Of a stretch of DNA of 64,000 nucleotides, positions 1 through 9,867 are shown in pieces. The stretch is from an uncultured Actinomycetota bacterium (GTDB lineage: Bacteria > Actinomycetota > Actinomycetes > Mycobacteriales > SCTD01). The stretch covers positions 1,540,287-1,604,286 of the forward strand of contig CAWDYD010000005.1 of assembly GCA_963806415.1 (NCBI GenBank). The letters are read 5' to 3'. A model generated the notes under the pieces. That model did no database searches. It had not been told where the DNA came from and worked only from the letters and a program-made list of their open reading frames with translations. The stretch's first letter is position 1. Each line of letters opens with the position of its first letter. A program made the position numbers and the translations under genes.

Positions 1-7
1 CCCCCGG

Positions 8-963
8 TCAGGCGAGCAGCTCGCGCAGCGCAGCCGGTGCGCCGGCGGCGCCGGCCAGCGGCAGCCAGCGGGCCCCGGCCCGGTCGGCGAGCGCCCGGGC
101 CTCGTCGCTGTCGTCGGCCGGGGACAGCACGACCAGCTCGGGCAGCGCGCGGGCCGCGGGGGTCGGGTCCTGCTCGTCGGTGGACCGGCAGTCCGACAGC
201 AGCACGGTGACCCGCCGGGAGGCCCGGGTGCGGGCCAGCTGCTCCCCGGCCGCGCGCAGCGCGGTGGACAGCGACGTGACGCCGTGGCCGCGCAGCGCGA
301 GCACCGCGTCGACGACCGCCCCCGGCGCCCGGGAGCTGTCCATCGCCCGGACCACCGTCACGGTCCGGTCGAAGGCCAGGACGGCGTGGTCCCCGGGCGC
401 CCGCAGCGCGCAGGCGGCAGCGGTCAGCGCCGCCGCGGCGAGCCGCTCGCCGCCCATCGAGCCGGACGCGTCGACGAGCAGGCACAGGGCCAGCTCGGGC
501 CGCCCCCAGTCGACGGCGACCAGGCTGTCCGCCGACGGCGCCCGCCGGGTCGCCCGCGCCGTCGACCAGGGCGTCCAGCGAGGCCTCCACGTCGAGGTCG
601 CCGCCCTGCTCGGCCGGCTGGCGGCGCAGCTTGCCGATCCCGCCCGCCCGGGGCAGCCCGGCGCGGGCCCGGTCGAGCACCACCCGGCCGGCCAGCGCCC
701 GGGCGGCGGCCCGCAGCCGCTCGTCGGTCGCCGAGCCCATCTCGACCAGCAGGGTGAGCGCGGCGTCCGCGTCCTGCCGCAGCGCCTCGGCGAACGCGTC
801 CTCGTCGAGCGCGCCGACCTCGGGGGAGATCTCGTGAAACTGCGCGCTCTTCGCCAGCTCGGCCCGCGGGACGGTCCGCGAGCGCGGGCCGCGTGGTCGC
901 GACGGGGCGGGTTCCTGCGGCGTGCCCGCCGGCGGCGGGCTCAGGCTCCCCCCGGCGCATCAC
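8..963 (-). pseudogene. vWA-domain protein (CoxE-like partner of MoxR ATPase), reading frame broken
   Basis: The frame ending at stop 8 carries the vWA MIDAS motif LCLLVDASGSMGGERL. The N-terminal half (FHEISPEVGALDEDAF, GIGKLRRQPAEQGGDLDVEASLDALVDG) lies in a second frame (~540-940). The only ATG (963, overlapping the MoxR stop) is in the third frame. That implies 1-2 frame switches (~540, ~925). Confidence 0.65.
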
Positions 964-1847
964 TCCCCGGCTCGGCGTCGGCGTCGCTCGGCTCGCGGCC
1001 GAACACCGCCTCGTACAGCTCGCGGACCACCGCCTCGGGGCTGCGCGAGCAGGACTCCTGCATCCGGACCCGGCCGGACAGCGCGACCAGCGCGGCGTCC
1101 AGCCCGGTCCGCCAGGACTGCGGCCGGCGGCCGCGCAGCGTCCCGAGCGAGCAGGCCATCCGGACCGTGTCGATGGCGCCGCGCACCGACGAGCCGACCC
1201 GCAGGTCGGGGTGCTCCCGGGTGCGCCGGACCAGCTCGACGACCTGCGCGCGCCAGGCCTCGTCGACCTCCGGCGCGCGCAGCGCCACGACCTGCGCCTC
1301 GTCCTGCGCGCTCTGGTAGCCCATCGTGATCCGGCAGACCCGGTCGTACACGGCCGAGGAGATCCGGGCCGTGCCGACCGCGTCGTACGGGTTCATCGCC
1401 GCGACCAGCCGGAAGCCGTCCGCGGCGAGCACCCGGCCCAGCCGCGGCACGTGCAGCTCGCCCTCGCTCATGACGGTGAGCAGCACGTTCAGCGTCTCCT
1501 CGGGGACGCGGTTGACCTCCTCGACGTACAGCAGCGCGCCGTCACGCATCGCCTGGACGAGCGGGCCGTCGACGAACACGTCCTCGCGGTAGCCCGGCCT
1601 CGAGCACCCGGGCCGGGTCGAAGTGGCCGACCAGCCGGCCCGGGGTCAGCTCGGCGTTGCCCTCCACGAAGACGAAGGGCACCGCGCTCGCCGCCGCCAC
1701 CGCGCGCAGCAGGGTGGTCTTGCCCGTCCCGGGCGGTCCCTCGAGCAGCACGTGCGCCCCGCAGTCCAGCGCGGCGACGAGCAGCTCGACCTCGCGGGAC
1801 CGCCCGACGACGGAGCCGGCGACGGCGGCGAGCGTCGGGGCGCTCAG
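941..1847 (-). pseudogene. MoxR-family AAA+ ATPase, one frameshift
   Basis: Walker A LLEGPPGTGKT through FDPARVLEAG is in one frame. YREDVFVDGPLVQAMRDGALLYVEEVNR (Walker B) runs to stop 941 in another. The switch is in gccgggctac at ~1590, and 907 nt is not a multiple of 3. No ATG or GTG start exists; only CTG at 1847 overlaps the adh stop as CTGA. Confidence 0.75.
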
Positions 1848-2962
1848 TGCTCGTGCACCAGGACGCCGCGGACGTTCTTGCCGCTGAGCAGGTCGTCGTA
1901 GCCCTCGTTGACCTGGTCCAGCGTGTACGTCTGCGTGATGATCTCGTCGAGCTTGATGTCCCCGCTCTGGTAGAGCCCGAGGATCTTCGGGATGTCCGTC
2001 GTGGGGTTGCAGTCGCCGAACAGGCTGCCCTTGAGGGTCTTCTTGAACAGGGTCATGATCGACCCGGGCAGCTTGATGTTCTCGACGGCGATCTTGTTGA
2101 GCCCGGTGAGGACGATGGTGCCGCCCTTGCCGGTGGCGTTGAACGAGTCGGTGATGATCTCCTCGGTGACGATGCCGGCGGTGACGATGGTCTTGTCGGC
2201 GCCGTTGCCGTTGGTGAGCGACTGGGCCAGCTCGGCCGCCTCGGCGGCGCTCGCCACCGCGTGGGTGGCGCCGAGCTCCATCGCCTTCTCGCGCTTGTTC
2301 TCCAGCGGGTCGACCGCGATGAGGTTCTTCGCCCCGGCGTACCGGGCGCCCTGCACGGCGTTGATGCCGATGCCACCGACGCCCACGACCATCACGGTCT
2401 CGCCGGGCTTCACGCCGGCCGCGTAGACCGCGGACCCCCAGCCGGTGGGGACGCCGCAGCCGACCAGCACGGCCTTGTCCAGGGGGAGGTCGTCGTCGAC
2501 CTTGACGACCGAGTTCTGGTGGATCGTGGCGTACTGGCTGAACGTGCCGAGCATGCACATCGCGCCGTAGTCCTTGGTGGGGCCGGGGCCGGAGAACACG
2601 AAGCGCTCGCCCGGCAGGTAGCCCTCGAGGATCGTGGCGCCCATGTCGCAGATGGCCTGCTGGCCGGTGGCGCACCAGCGGCAGGTCCCGCAGTTGGGGA
2701 TGAACGAGCAGACCACGTGGTCGCCGACCTTGACGCGGGTGACGCCGGGGCCGACCTCCTCGATGATCCCGGCACCCTCGTGCCCGAGCACCATCGGCAG
2801 CCGCGCCTCGAGGTCGCCGTGCGAGATGTGCACGTCGGAGTGGCACAGCCCGGCGTGGGTGTACCGGATGAGCACCTCGCCCTCGCGCGGCCCGTCCAGG
2901 TCGAGCTCGACGACCTCGATCGGCTTGCCCGTCTCGTACACGACCGCTGCCTTGGTCTTCAT
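1844..2962 (-). CDS. Zn-dependent alcohol dehydrogenase, resembling the NDMA-dependent (nicotinoprotein) subfamily
   Basis: An intact 372-aa ORF from ATG 2962 (MKTKAAVVYE). Motifs: GLCHSDVH, GHEGAGIIEEVG, structural Zn Cys cluster CGTCRWC, Rossmann VVGVGGIG. Confidence 0.9.
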   Translation of the reverse strand: MKTKAAVVYETGKPIEVVELDLDGPREGEVLIRYTHAGLCHSDVHISHGDLEARLPMVLGHEGAGIIEEVGPGVTRVKVGDHVVCSFIPNCGTCRWCATGQQAICDMGATILEGYLPGERFVFSGPGPTKDYGAMCMLGTFSQYATIHQNSVVKVDDDLPLDKAVLVGCGVPTGWGSAVYAAGVKPGETVMVVGVGGIGINAVQGARYAGAKNLIAVDPLENKREKAMELGATHAVASAAEAAELAQSLTNGNGADKTIVTAGIVTEEIITDSFNATGKGGTIVLTGLNKIAVENIKLPGSIMTLFKKTLKGSLFGDCNPTTDIPKILGLYQSGDIKLDEIITQTYTLDQVNEGYDDLLSGKNVRGVLVHEH

Positions 2963-3093
2963 GGGTGCGTCTCCTCGCTGCCGGGTGTGACCGTCGTCAT
3001 ACCGCGGGGCCCCACGGTTGTCTACAGACCTGGGGCGCGACGACGTCCTCACGTGGCACGTCGGCCCGGGGGGAACCGGCTACGGTCCTGCTC

Positions 3094-3708
3094 GTGACCG
3101 ACGCGCCGCGCACCGCTGCCCGCCGGCCGGGCCGGCCGGCCCGCTACCGCCTCGACGAGCTGCTGCAGGTCGTCGTCGAGCAGTTCAACACCCGCGGGTA
3201 CGACGCGACGAGCATGGAGGACCTCGCCCGGGCCACCGGGCTCACCAAGTCCTCGATCTACCACCACGTCGCCGGCAAGGAGGAGCTGCTCCGGCTGGCG
3301 GTGGCCCGGGCCGTCGACGCGCTGTTCGCGGTGCTCGAGGAGCCGGCCAGCACCGCCGGGCCGGCGGTCGCCCGGCTCGAGCACGTGGTCCGGCGCAGCG
3401 TCGAGGTGCTCGCCGAGCAGCTGCCGTACGTCACGCTGCTGCTGCGGGTGCGCGGCAACACCGGCGCCGAGCGCTGGGCGCTGGAGCGCCGTCGCGAGTT
3501 CGACAAGCGGCTGAGCGCGCTGGTCCAGGCCGCCATCGACGAGGGCGACGTCCGCGCCGACCTCGACCCGCGGCTGGTGACCCGGCTGCTGTTCGGCACG
3601 GTGAACAGCGTCGCGGAGTGGTTCCGCCCGGACGGCAGCCACGACGTCCGGGAGATCGCGGACGCGCTGGTCGCGACCACCTTCTCCGGGCTGGTCCGCG
3701 AGCGCTGA
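3094..3708 (+). CDS. TetR family transcriptional regulator
   Basis: GTG 3094. The N-terminal HTH is TSMEDLARATGLTKSSIYHHVAGKEELL. It is 204 aa and divergent from adh. Confidence 0.85.
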   Translation: MTDAPRTAARRPGRPARYRLDELLQVVVEQFNTRGYDATSMEDLARATGLTKSSIYHHVAGKEELLRLAVARAVDALFAVLEEPASTAGPAVARLEHVVRRSVEVLAEQLPYVTLLLRVRGNTGAERWALERRREFDKRLSALVQAAIDEGDVRADLDPRLVTRLLFGTVNSVAEWFRPDGSHDVREIADALVATTFSGLVRER

Positions 3709-3712
3709 GGGT

Positions 3713-4148
3713 TCAGGCCCCGAGCCGCCGGGTCTGGCCGGCACGGACCTCCGTCGCCGCACCCCCGGCAGACCAGCGCCGCGTCCAGCACCTGGCCGCA
3801 GCGGTGCTCCACGCGCAGCGGCGGGCCGTCGGCCCCGCCGCGGTGCCGGTCGCCCCACTGCCGCAGCGCCACGATCACCGGGTAGAGGTCGCGGCCGGCC
3901 TCGGTGAGCAGGTACTCGTCCCGCGGCGGCCGCTCGCTGTACCGGTGCCGCTCGAGCACGCCCGCCTCGACCAGGCTGCGCAGCCGCGCGGCGATCGTGT
4001 CCCGGGGGGCGCCGGTGCGGGCCACCATCTCGTCGAACCGGTGCACGCCGAGGAACGCCTCGCGCACCACGAGCAGCGCCCACTTCTCGCCGACGACCTC
4101 CAGCGTGCGCGCGACCGAGCAGCTCCGGACCGTCGGCGACACGCTCAC
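3713..4148 (-). CDS. HxlR-type (MarR-like) transcriptional regulator, probable C-terminal frameshift
   Basis: GTG 4148. The sequence CSVARTLEVVGEKWALLVVRE...YSERPPRDEYLLTEAGRDL is typical HxlR. The uninterrupted ORF runs on to 3258, antisense through tetR. A +1 shift at ~3750 (gacggaggtcc) gives ...CRGCGDG-VRAGQTRRLGA and stop at 3713, 4 nt from the tetR stop. Confidence 0.7.
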
Positions 4149-4282
4149 CCGGCCACCCTACGCCGAGTGGGTCGACTTCCCGGACGCACTGCCCTACCGT
4201 CCGTCCGGAAGTCGGACCCACCCGCGGGCACGGCGCAGCCGGAGGACCCCGTGACTCAGCCGACCCTGCTGCCGGCGCCGCC

Positions 4283-5674
4283 GTGACCGGAAGGGCCCTG
4301 ACCGCCGCGGTCGCGGTGCTGTCGCTGGCGGCCTTCCTCACCAGCCTCGACCTGTTCATCGTCAACCTGGCGTTCCCGTCGATCGCCGCGGAGTCCCCGG
4401 GCACCAGTACGGCGGCGCTGTCCTGGGTGCTGAACGCCTACACCGTCGTCTTCGCCGCCACGATGATCCCGGCCGGGCGGTACGCCGACCGGTTCGGCCG
4501 CCGCCGGCTGTTCCTGCTCGGGCTCGGGGTGTTCACCGCCGGCTCCGCGGCCTGCGCCCTCGCGCCGGGGGTCGGCGCGCTGGTCGCCGCCCGCGCGGTG
4601 CAGGCGGTCGGCGCGGGCCTGCTCGTGCCCACCTCGCTGTCGTTGCTGCTGTCGGTCGTGCCGCCCCCGGCCGGGCGCGCGCGCTCGGCACCTGGGCCGC
4701 CGTCGGAGGCATGGCCGCCGCGTTCGGACCGGTGGTCGGCGGGCTGCTCGTGCAGGTCGACTGGCGCCTGGTGTTCTGGGTGAACGTGCCGGTCGGCGTG
4801 AGCCGCGCTCTGGCTCGGCCTGCGCGTCTTGCCGGAGAGCCGTGACCCGCACCCGGGGCCGCGTCCCGACGTGCTCGGCGCGGGCCTGCTCGCCGTACGG
4901 GTCGCTCTGGTCGCCCTGGCCCTGGTCCAGGGCCCGGACTGGGGCTGGTTGTCCGGCCGGACCGGCGGCGTCGCCGGCGCCGCCGTCCTGGCCGCCGGGG
5001 CGCTGGCCGTCCGGTCCGCCCGGCACGCCGCGCCGGTGGTCGACCCGGCGCTGCTGCGCGACCTCGCCCTGCGCGGCGCGAGCGTGGCCTCGCTCGCCTA
5101 CTACCTGGCCTTCGCCGCGTTCCTGCTCAACACCGTCACCTTCCTCACCGGCGTGTGGGACTACTCGGGGATCCGTGCCGGCCTGGCGATCGCCCCGGGT
5201 CCGCTGATGGTCCTGCCGTTCGCCCGGCTGGTGGCCCCCCGGCTGCTGGCCCCCCTCGGCGGCCCGGCCCGGGTCGTCGCGCTCGGCTGCGCGCTCGGCG
5301 TGGTCGCCCAGCTGCTCTGGTGGTCGCAGGTCCAGCCGGCCCCGGCGTACGCGACGACGCTGCTGCCGGCGCAGCTGCTGGGCGGCGCCGGGGTCGGCCT
5401 GGTCATCCCGTCGCTGATCGGCGCCGGCACGGCCACGCTGCCGGCGGCCCGGTTCGGCGCCGGCAGCGGCGTGCTCAACACGGCGCGGCAGGTCGGCCTG
5501 GTGCTGGGGGTCGCCGCGCTGGTCGCGGTGCTGTCCGGCTCGGTCGACCCGGTGCAGGGCACCCGCGGTGGGGCGCTGCTGTCGGCGGCCGGCTTCGCGG
5601 TGGCAGCCGGGCTGGGCGTGCGCCTGGCCGGCGCCGCTCAGCGCTCGGCGCGCAGCTCCGGGAAGTCCTCGTAG
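4283..5674 (+). pseudogene. MFS transporter (DHA2/EmrB-like), two frameshifts
   Basis: Three in-frame pieces. The first is MTGRALTAAVAVLSLAAFLTSLDLFIVNLAFPSI...LLLSVVP. The second is ALGTWAAVGGMAAAFGPVVGGLLVQVDWRLVFWVNVPVGV. The third is ALWLGLRVLPESRDPHPG... running to 5674. The switches are at ~4680 and ~4800. Confidence 0.8.
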
Positions 5675-7335
5675 CGCCACTCCTGACCGTGCTGCTCGGC
5701 CTCCTCGGCCGTCCGCAGCTCGACCCGGCGGATCTTGCCGCTGACCGTCTTCGGCAGGTCGGCGACGAACTCCAGGCGGCGCACCCGCAGGTAGGGAGCC
5801 AGGCTGTCGCGGGCGTGCGTGAGCAGTGCCAGGGCGGTGTCGCGGTCGTCCGGCACGCCCGCCGCCAGCGTCACGTACGCCTTGGGCACGCAGAGCCGGA
5901 CCGGGTCGGGGGCCGGCACCACAGCCGCCTCGACGACCGCCGGGTGCTCGACGAGCACGCTCTCCAGCTCGAACGGGGAGACCTTGTAGTCCGAGGACTT
6001 GAAGACGTCGTCGGTCCGGCCGATGTAGGTGATGTAGCCCTCGGCGTCGCGCTGCGCGACGTCGCCGGTGTGGTAGTAGCCGCCGGCCATCGCCTCGGCG
6101 GCCCGCTCGGGGTCGCCCCGGTAGCCCGTCATCAGCCCGACCGGCGCGGCGGACAGGTCCAGGCAGATCTCGCCCTCCTCGCCCGGCTCGCCGGTGATCG
6201 GGTCGATCAGCACCACCGGCATGCCCGGCAGCGGCCGCCCCATCGAGCCCGGCTTGAGCGGCGCACCGGGCGGGTTGCCGACCTGCGCCGTCGTCTCGGT
6301 CTGCCCGAACCCGTCCCGGACGGTGAGCCCCCAGTGCTGCTCGACCTGCGAGATGACCTCGGGGTTCAGCGGCTCCCCGGCCGCCAGCACCTCGCGCAGC
6401 GCGCCCGGGCCGCCCGACAGGTCGCTCTGCACCAGCATCCGCCAGACCGTCGGCGGAGCGCACAGCGACGTCACCTCGGCCCGCCGCAGGGTCGCCAGGA
6501 CGGCGGCCGGCTCGAACCGCGCGTAGTTGTAGACGAACACCGCGGCTTCGGCCAGGAACGGCGCGAAGAAGCAGCTCCAGGCGTGCTTCGCCCAGCCCGG
6601 TGAGCTGATGTTGAGGTGCACGTCCCCGGCCTGCAGCCCGAGCCAGTAGACCGTGCTCAGGTGCCCGACCGGGTAGCTGGTCTGGGTGTGCTCGACCAGC
6701 TTGGGCCGGCTGGTGGTGCCGGAGGTGAAGTACAGCAGCAGCGGGTCGGTGGCGTCGGTGACCGCCTCGAAGGTCCGCGGCTGGGAGACCGAACGCGCCT
6801 GCCGGTAGTCCGCCCAGCCCTCCGGCGCGCCGTCCACGCAGTACCGGGAGAGCTGCTCGTGCCCGGCGAACTTGCCGGCGTCGGCGGCGCCGGCGATGAC
6901 GTGCCGCACCTGGGCCCGCTCGATCCGGTCCGCCAGGTCGTCCGGCCCGAGCGCCGTGGTGGTCGGCAGCACGACCGCCCCGAGCTTCATCACCGCGAGC
7001 ATCGACTCCCACAGCTCGACCTGGTTGCCGAGCATGAGCACGACCCGGTCCCCCTGGCCGACGCCCTGCTCGGCCAGCCAGGTCGCCACCTGGTCCGACC
7101 GCCGGACCAGGTCGTCGTAGCTCAGCCGGGTCTCGCTGCCGTCCTGCTCGACGATCCACAGCGCCAGCGCGGGGTTGCCCCGGCCGATCGCGTCGAACCA
7201 GTCGGTGGCGAAGCAGAACCGGCCGGTCACCCGCGGGAAGGTGAACTCGCGCAGCGCCGTCGCGTAGTCCGAGCGGTGCGCGCGCAGCAGGTCGCGGGCC
7301 TCGGCGATCGCGGCGGTGTGGTCGGTGCGGCTCAC
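5638..7335 (-). CDS. AMP-dependent acyl-CoA synthetase (medium-chain/aromatic acid type)
   Basis: An intact 565-aa ORF. The AMP-binding motifs are YFTSGTTSRPKL, GYRGDPE and YHTGD, with the terminal SGKIRR. Confidence 0.9.
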   Translation of the reverse strand: MSRTDHTAAIAEARDLLRAHRSDYATALREFTFPRVTGRFCFATDWFDAIGRGNPALALWIVEQDGSETRLSYDDLVRRSDQVATWLAEQGVGQGDRVVLMLGNQVELWESMLAVMKLGAVVLPTTTALGPDDLADRIERAQVRHVIAGAADAGKFAGHEQLSRYCVDGAPEGWADYRQARSVSQPRTFEAVTDATDPLLLYFTSGTTSRPKLVEHTQTSYPVGHLSTVYWLGLQAGDVHLNISSPGWAKHAWSCFFAPFLAEAAVFVYNYARFEPAAVLATLRRAEVTSLCAPPTVWRMLVQSDLSGGPGALREVLAAGEPLNPEVISQVEQHWGLTVRDGFGQTETTAQVGNPPGAPLKPGSMGRPLPGMPVVLIDPITGEPGEEGEICLDLSAAPVGLMTGYRGDPERAAEAMAGGYYHTGDVAQRDAEGYITYIGRTDDVFKSSDYKVSPFELESVLVEHPAVVEAAVVPAPDPVRLCVPKAYVTLAAGVPDDRDTALALLTHARDSLAPYLRVRRLEFVADLPKTVSGKIRRVELRTAEEAEQHGQEWRYEDFPELRAER

Positions 7336-7386
7336 GGACGGCTCCCGGGGTCGGTGGACCCCTGTCCTACACCCTCGCGCCGACGG

Positions 7387-8535
7387 TCAGCGCGTCGCGG
7401 CCAGGTGCCGGCTGATCACCAGGCGCTGGATCTGGTTGGTCCCCTCGAAGATCTGCATGACCTTCGCCTCGCGCATGTACCGCTCCAGCGGGAAGTCGCG
7501 GGTGTAGCCGTAGCCGCCGAGCACCTGCACGGCGTCGGTGGTGACCTTCATCGCGGCGTCGGTGGCGACCAGCTTGGCGACGCTCGCCTGCCGGCTGTAC
7601 GGCCGTCCCGCGTCGCGCCGCCGGGCCGCGTCGAGGTAGGTCGCCCGGGCGCTGTCGACGGCCGCCGCCATGTCGGCGAGCAGGAACGCCAGCCCCTGGT
7701 GCTCGATCACCGGCTTGCCGAACGCCTCCCGCTCCTTGGCGTAGGCCACTGCGTCGTCCAGGGCGCCCTGCGCCAGGCCGGTGGCGATCGCCGCGATCCC
7801 GAGCCGGCCGCTGTCCAGCGCGGCGAAGGCGATCTGCAGCCCCTGCCCCTGCCCGCCGACCCGGCGCTCGGCCTCGAGCTGGACGCCCTCGTAGTAGGCG
7901 TTGGTGGTGGGCACCGCCCGCAGGCCCATCTTCGCCTCCGGCTTGCCGAAGCTGAGGCCGTCGGCGCTGCCCGGCACCAGGAAGCAGGTCACCCCGCGCG
8001 GGCCGTCGTCGCTGGTCCGGGCGAACATCGTGTAGAAGTCGGCGATCCCGCCGCTGGTGATCCAGCTCTTCGTCCCGTCGATGCGGTAGCCGTCCTCGGT
8101 CGGCGTGGCCCGGCAGCGCAGGGCCGCGGCGTCCGAGCCGCAGTGCGGCTCGGACAGGCTGTACGCCCCGAGCTGGGTGCCGCCGAGCATGCCGGGCAGC
8201 CAGCGCTCCTGCTGCGCCGGCGTGCCGTACTCGGCGAGCGCGAAGCACGACAGCCCGTGCACGCTCGTCGCGACCGCGACGGCCGCCCACCGCGCCGCCA
8301 GCTCCTCGAGCACCTGCAGGTACACCTCGTACGGCTGGCCGCCCCCGCCGAGCTCCTCGGGATAGGGCAGCGACAGCAGACCGGCCTCGCCGAGGGTGCG
8401 GAACAGCCCGTCCGGCAGCGACTCGGTCGCCTCGGCCTCGACCACCCGCGGGGCGAGCTCCTTGTCGGCCAGCTCCCGGGTCAGCGCCAGCAGCTCCTCG
8501 GCCTCCGACGTGGGCAGCATGCGGTCGACGGGCAC
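7387..8535 (-). CDS. acyl-CoA dehydrogenase
   Basis: An intact 382-aa ORF. Motifs: YSLSEPHCGSDAAAL, GYGYTRDFPLERYMREAKVMQIFEGTNQIQR. Confidence 0.92.
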   Translation of the reverse strand: MPVDRMLPTSEAEELLALTRELADKELAPRVVEAEATESLPDGLFRTLGEAGLLSLPYPEELGGGGQPYEVYLQVLEELAARWAAVAVATSVHGLSCFALAEYGTPAQQERWLPGMLGGTQLGAYSLSEPHCGSDAAALRCRATPTEDGYRIDGTKSWITSGGIADFYTMFARTSDDGPRGVTCFLVPGSADGLSFGKPEAKMGLRAVPTTNAYYEGVQLEAERRVGGQGQGLQIAFAALDSGRLGIAAIATGLAQGALDDAVAYAKEREAFGKPVIEHQGLAFLLADMAAAVDSARATYLDAARRRDAGRPYSRQASVAKLVATDAAMKVTTDAVQVLGGYGYTRDFPLERYMREAKVMQIFEGTNQIQRLVISRHLAATR

Positions 8536-8580
8536 GGGACCTCCAGAGCGGGCGACGGGTCGTCCGACCGTACGGCCGGG

Positions 8581-9666
8581 TCAGCGGGTCCGCGAGGACA
8601 GGGTCAGCTGCACCTGCTGCTCGGTCCCGTTGCGGACCACGGTGACCGGAACGCTCTGCCCCGGCTCCAGGCCGCGCAGCGTGCCGAGGAACTCCTCGAC
8701 CGAGCGCACCCGCTCGCCAGACAGCTGCACCAGCACGTCCCCGGGGCGCAGGCCGGCCGCGGCGGCCGGGCCGTCCGGCACCACGCCCAGGACCAGCACC
8801 CCGCCGGCGTCGGTCAGCCCGAACTGCTCCGCGAGCTGCGGGGTGAGCACGCCCGGCTGGATGCCCAGGAACGGGACGGTGACGGAGCCGGTGGCCAGCA
8901 GCTGCTCGACGACGTCGAGAACGGTGGCGGTCGGGATGGCGAAGCCGATGGAGACCGCCCCGGCGGCCGGCGGGATGTAGGCGTCGTTGATGCCGACCAC
9001 CTCGCCGGCGCTGTTGACGAGTGCTCCGCCGGAGTTTCCGGGCGAGATCGCCGCGTCGGTCTGGATGAGGTCGACCAGCGCCAGCGACGAGGCCGCCGAT
9101 CCCGGCACCTCCCGGCCGAGCCCGGAGATGATCCCGGCGGTGGCGGTGTTCTCGAAGCCGAGCGGGCTGCCCAGAGCCAGCGCGAACTCGCCCACCTGCG
9201 GCAGGCGCGGCTGGAAGCGGGCCGCGGGGACGTCCTGCCGCTCGGCCCGGACCACCGCCAGGTCGGTCCCGGCGTCGGCGGCCAGCACCCGGCCGGGCAC
9301 CCTGCGGCCGTCGGCGAACCCGACCTCGACGTCGGTGGCCCCCCGCACGACGTGCTCGTTGGTGACGATCGTGCCGTCCGCCCGGTAGACCACGCCGCTG
9401 CCGAGACCGGTCGGCGTGAAGACCGTCACGACGGACGGCTCGACCTCCCGGATGAGCTCGGGCAGGCGGGCGAAGATGTCGGTGCCGGCCGGCGCCGGCG
9501 ACCCGGTCGGCGCCGGTGAGGCCTGCGGGCTCGGCGTCGACGACGAGCCGGGCGTCGGCTCCGGGGCGGTGAGCCGAGGCGAGCTCGCCGTGCAGGCTGT
9601 CGTGGTGAGGGCCGCCGCGGCGGCGAGGACGCCGAGACGGCGCAGCGGTCCGGTGCTCGTGGTCAT
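8581..9666 (-). CDS. HtrA/DegP-like trypsin-family serine protease with PDZ domain
   Basis: ATG 9666 (MTTSTGPLRRLGVLAAAAAL signal/TM). The catalytic residues are TNEHVV, D and GNSGGAL, with a C-terminal PDZ (GVLVLGVVPDGPAAAAGLRPGDVLV). The longer ORF track entry, which runs to 10329, is an upstream extension. Confidence 0.88.
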   Translation of the reverse strand: MTTSTGPLRRLGVLAAAAALTTTACTASSPRLTAPEPTPGSSSTPSPQASPAPTGSPAPAGTDIFARLPELIREVEPSVVTVFTPTGLGSGVVYRADGTIVTNEHVVRGATDVEVGFADGRRVPGRVLAADAGTDLAVVRAERQDVPAARFQPRLPQVGEFALALGSPLGFENTATAGIISGLGREVPGSAASSLALVDLIQTDAAISPGNSGGALVNSAGEVVGINDAYIPPAAGAVSIGFAIPTATVLDVVEQLLATGSVTVPFLGIQPGVLTPQLAEQFGLTDAGGVLVLGVVPDGPAAAAGLRPGDVLVQLSGERVRSVEEFLGTLRGLEPGQSVPVTVVRNGTEQQVQLTLSSRTR

Positions 9667-9867
9667 GGGACTGCTGTGCCCGCCCGGGCGCCGGGCTAGC
9701 CGTCCTGCCTCCGGTCCGCGCCGATGGCGGCCCCATCCGGTGGGGCAGCGCCGGCTTGTCCGGTGTCGGGCCGTTGGGCCCTTGTCGGGTACGTCACCCC
9801 CCGTTACCGTTCGCTCGCGGGAAGGTCGACCCGACGCGGCCCGCGGACACGCCGGGAGGTGGCGGTC

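Noticed and set aside
4256-7159. A very long ORF (967 aa) and similar ones at 6616-9519, 7367-9736, 10676-13813, 12199-14508, 28409-31327, 31751-34417, 50443-53493, 56168-58360 and 61207-63336.
   Set aside because: They have extreme Arg/Pro/Ala/Gly composition, no recognisable motifs, and lie antisense or out of frame to well-supported genes. These are the typical stop-free shadow frames of very GC-rich DNA.
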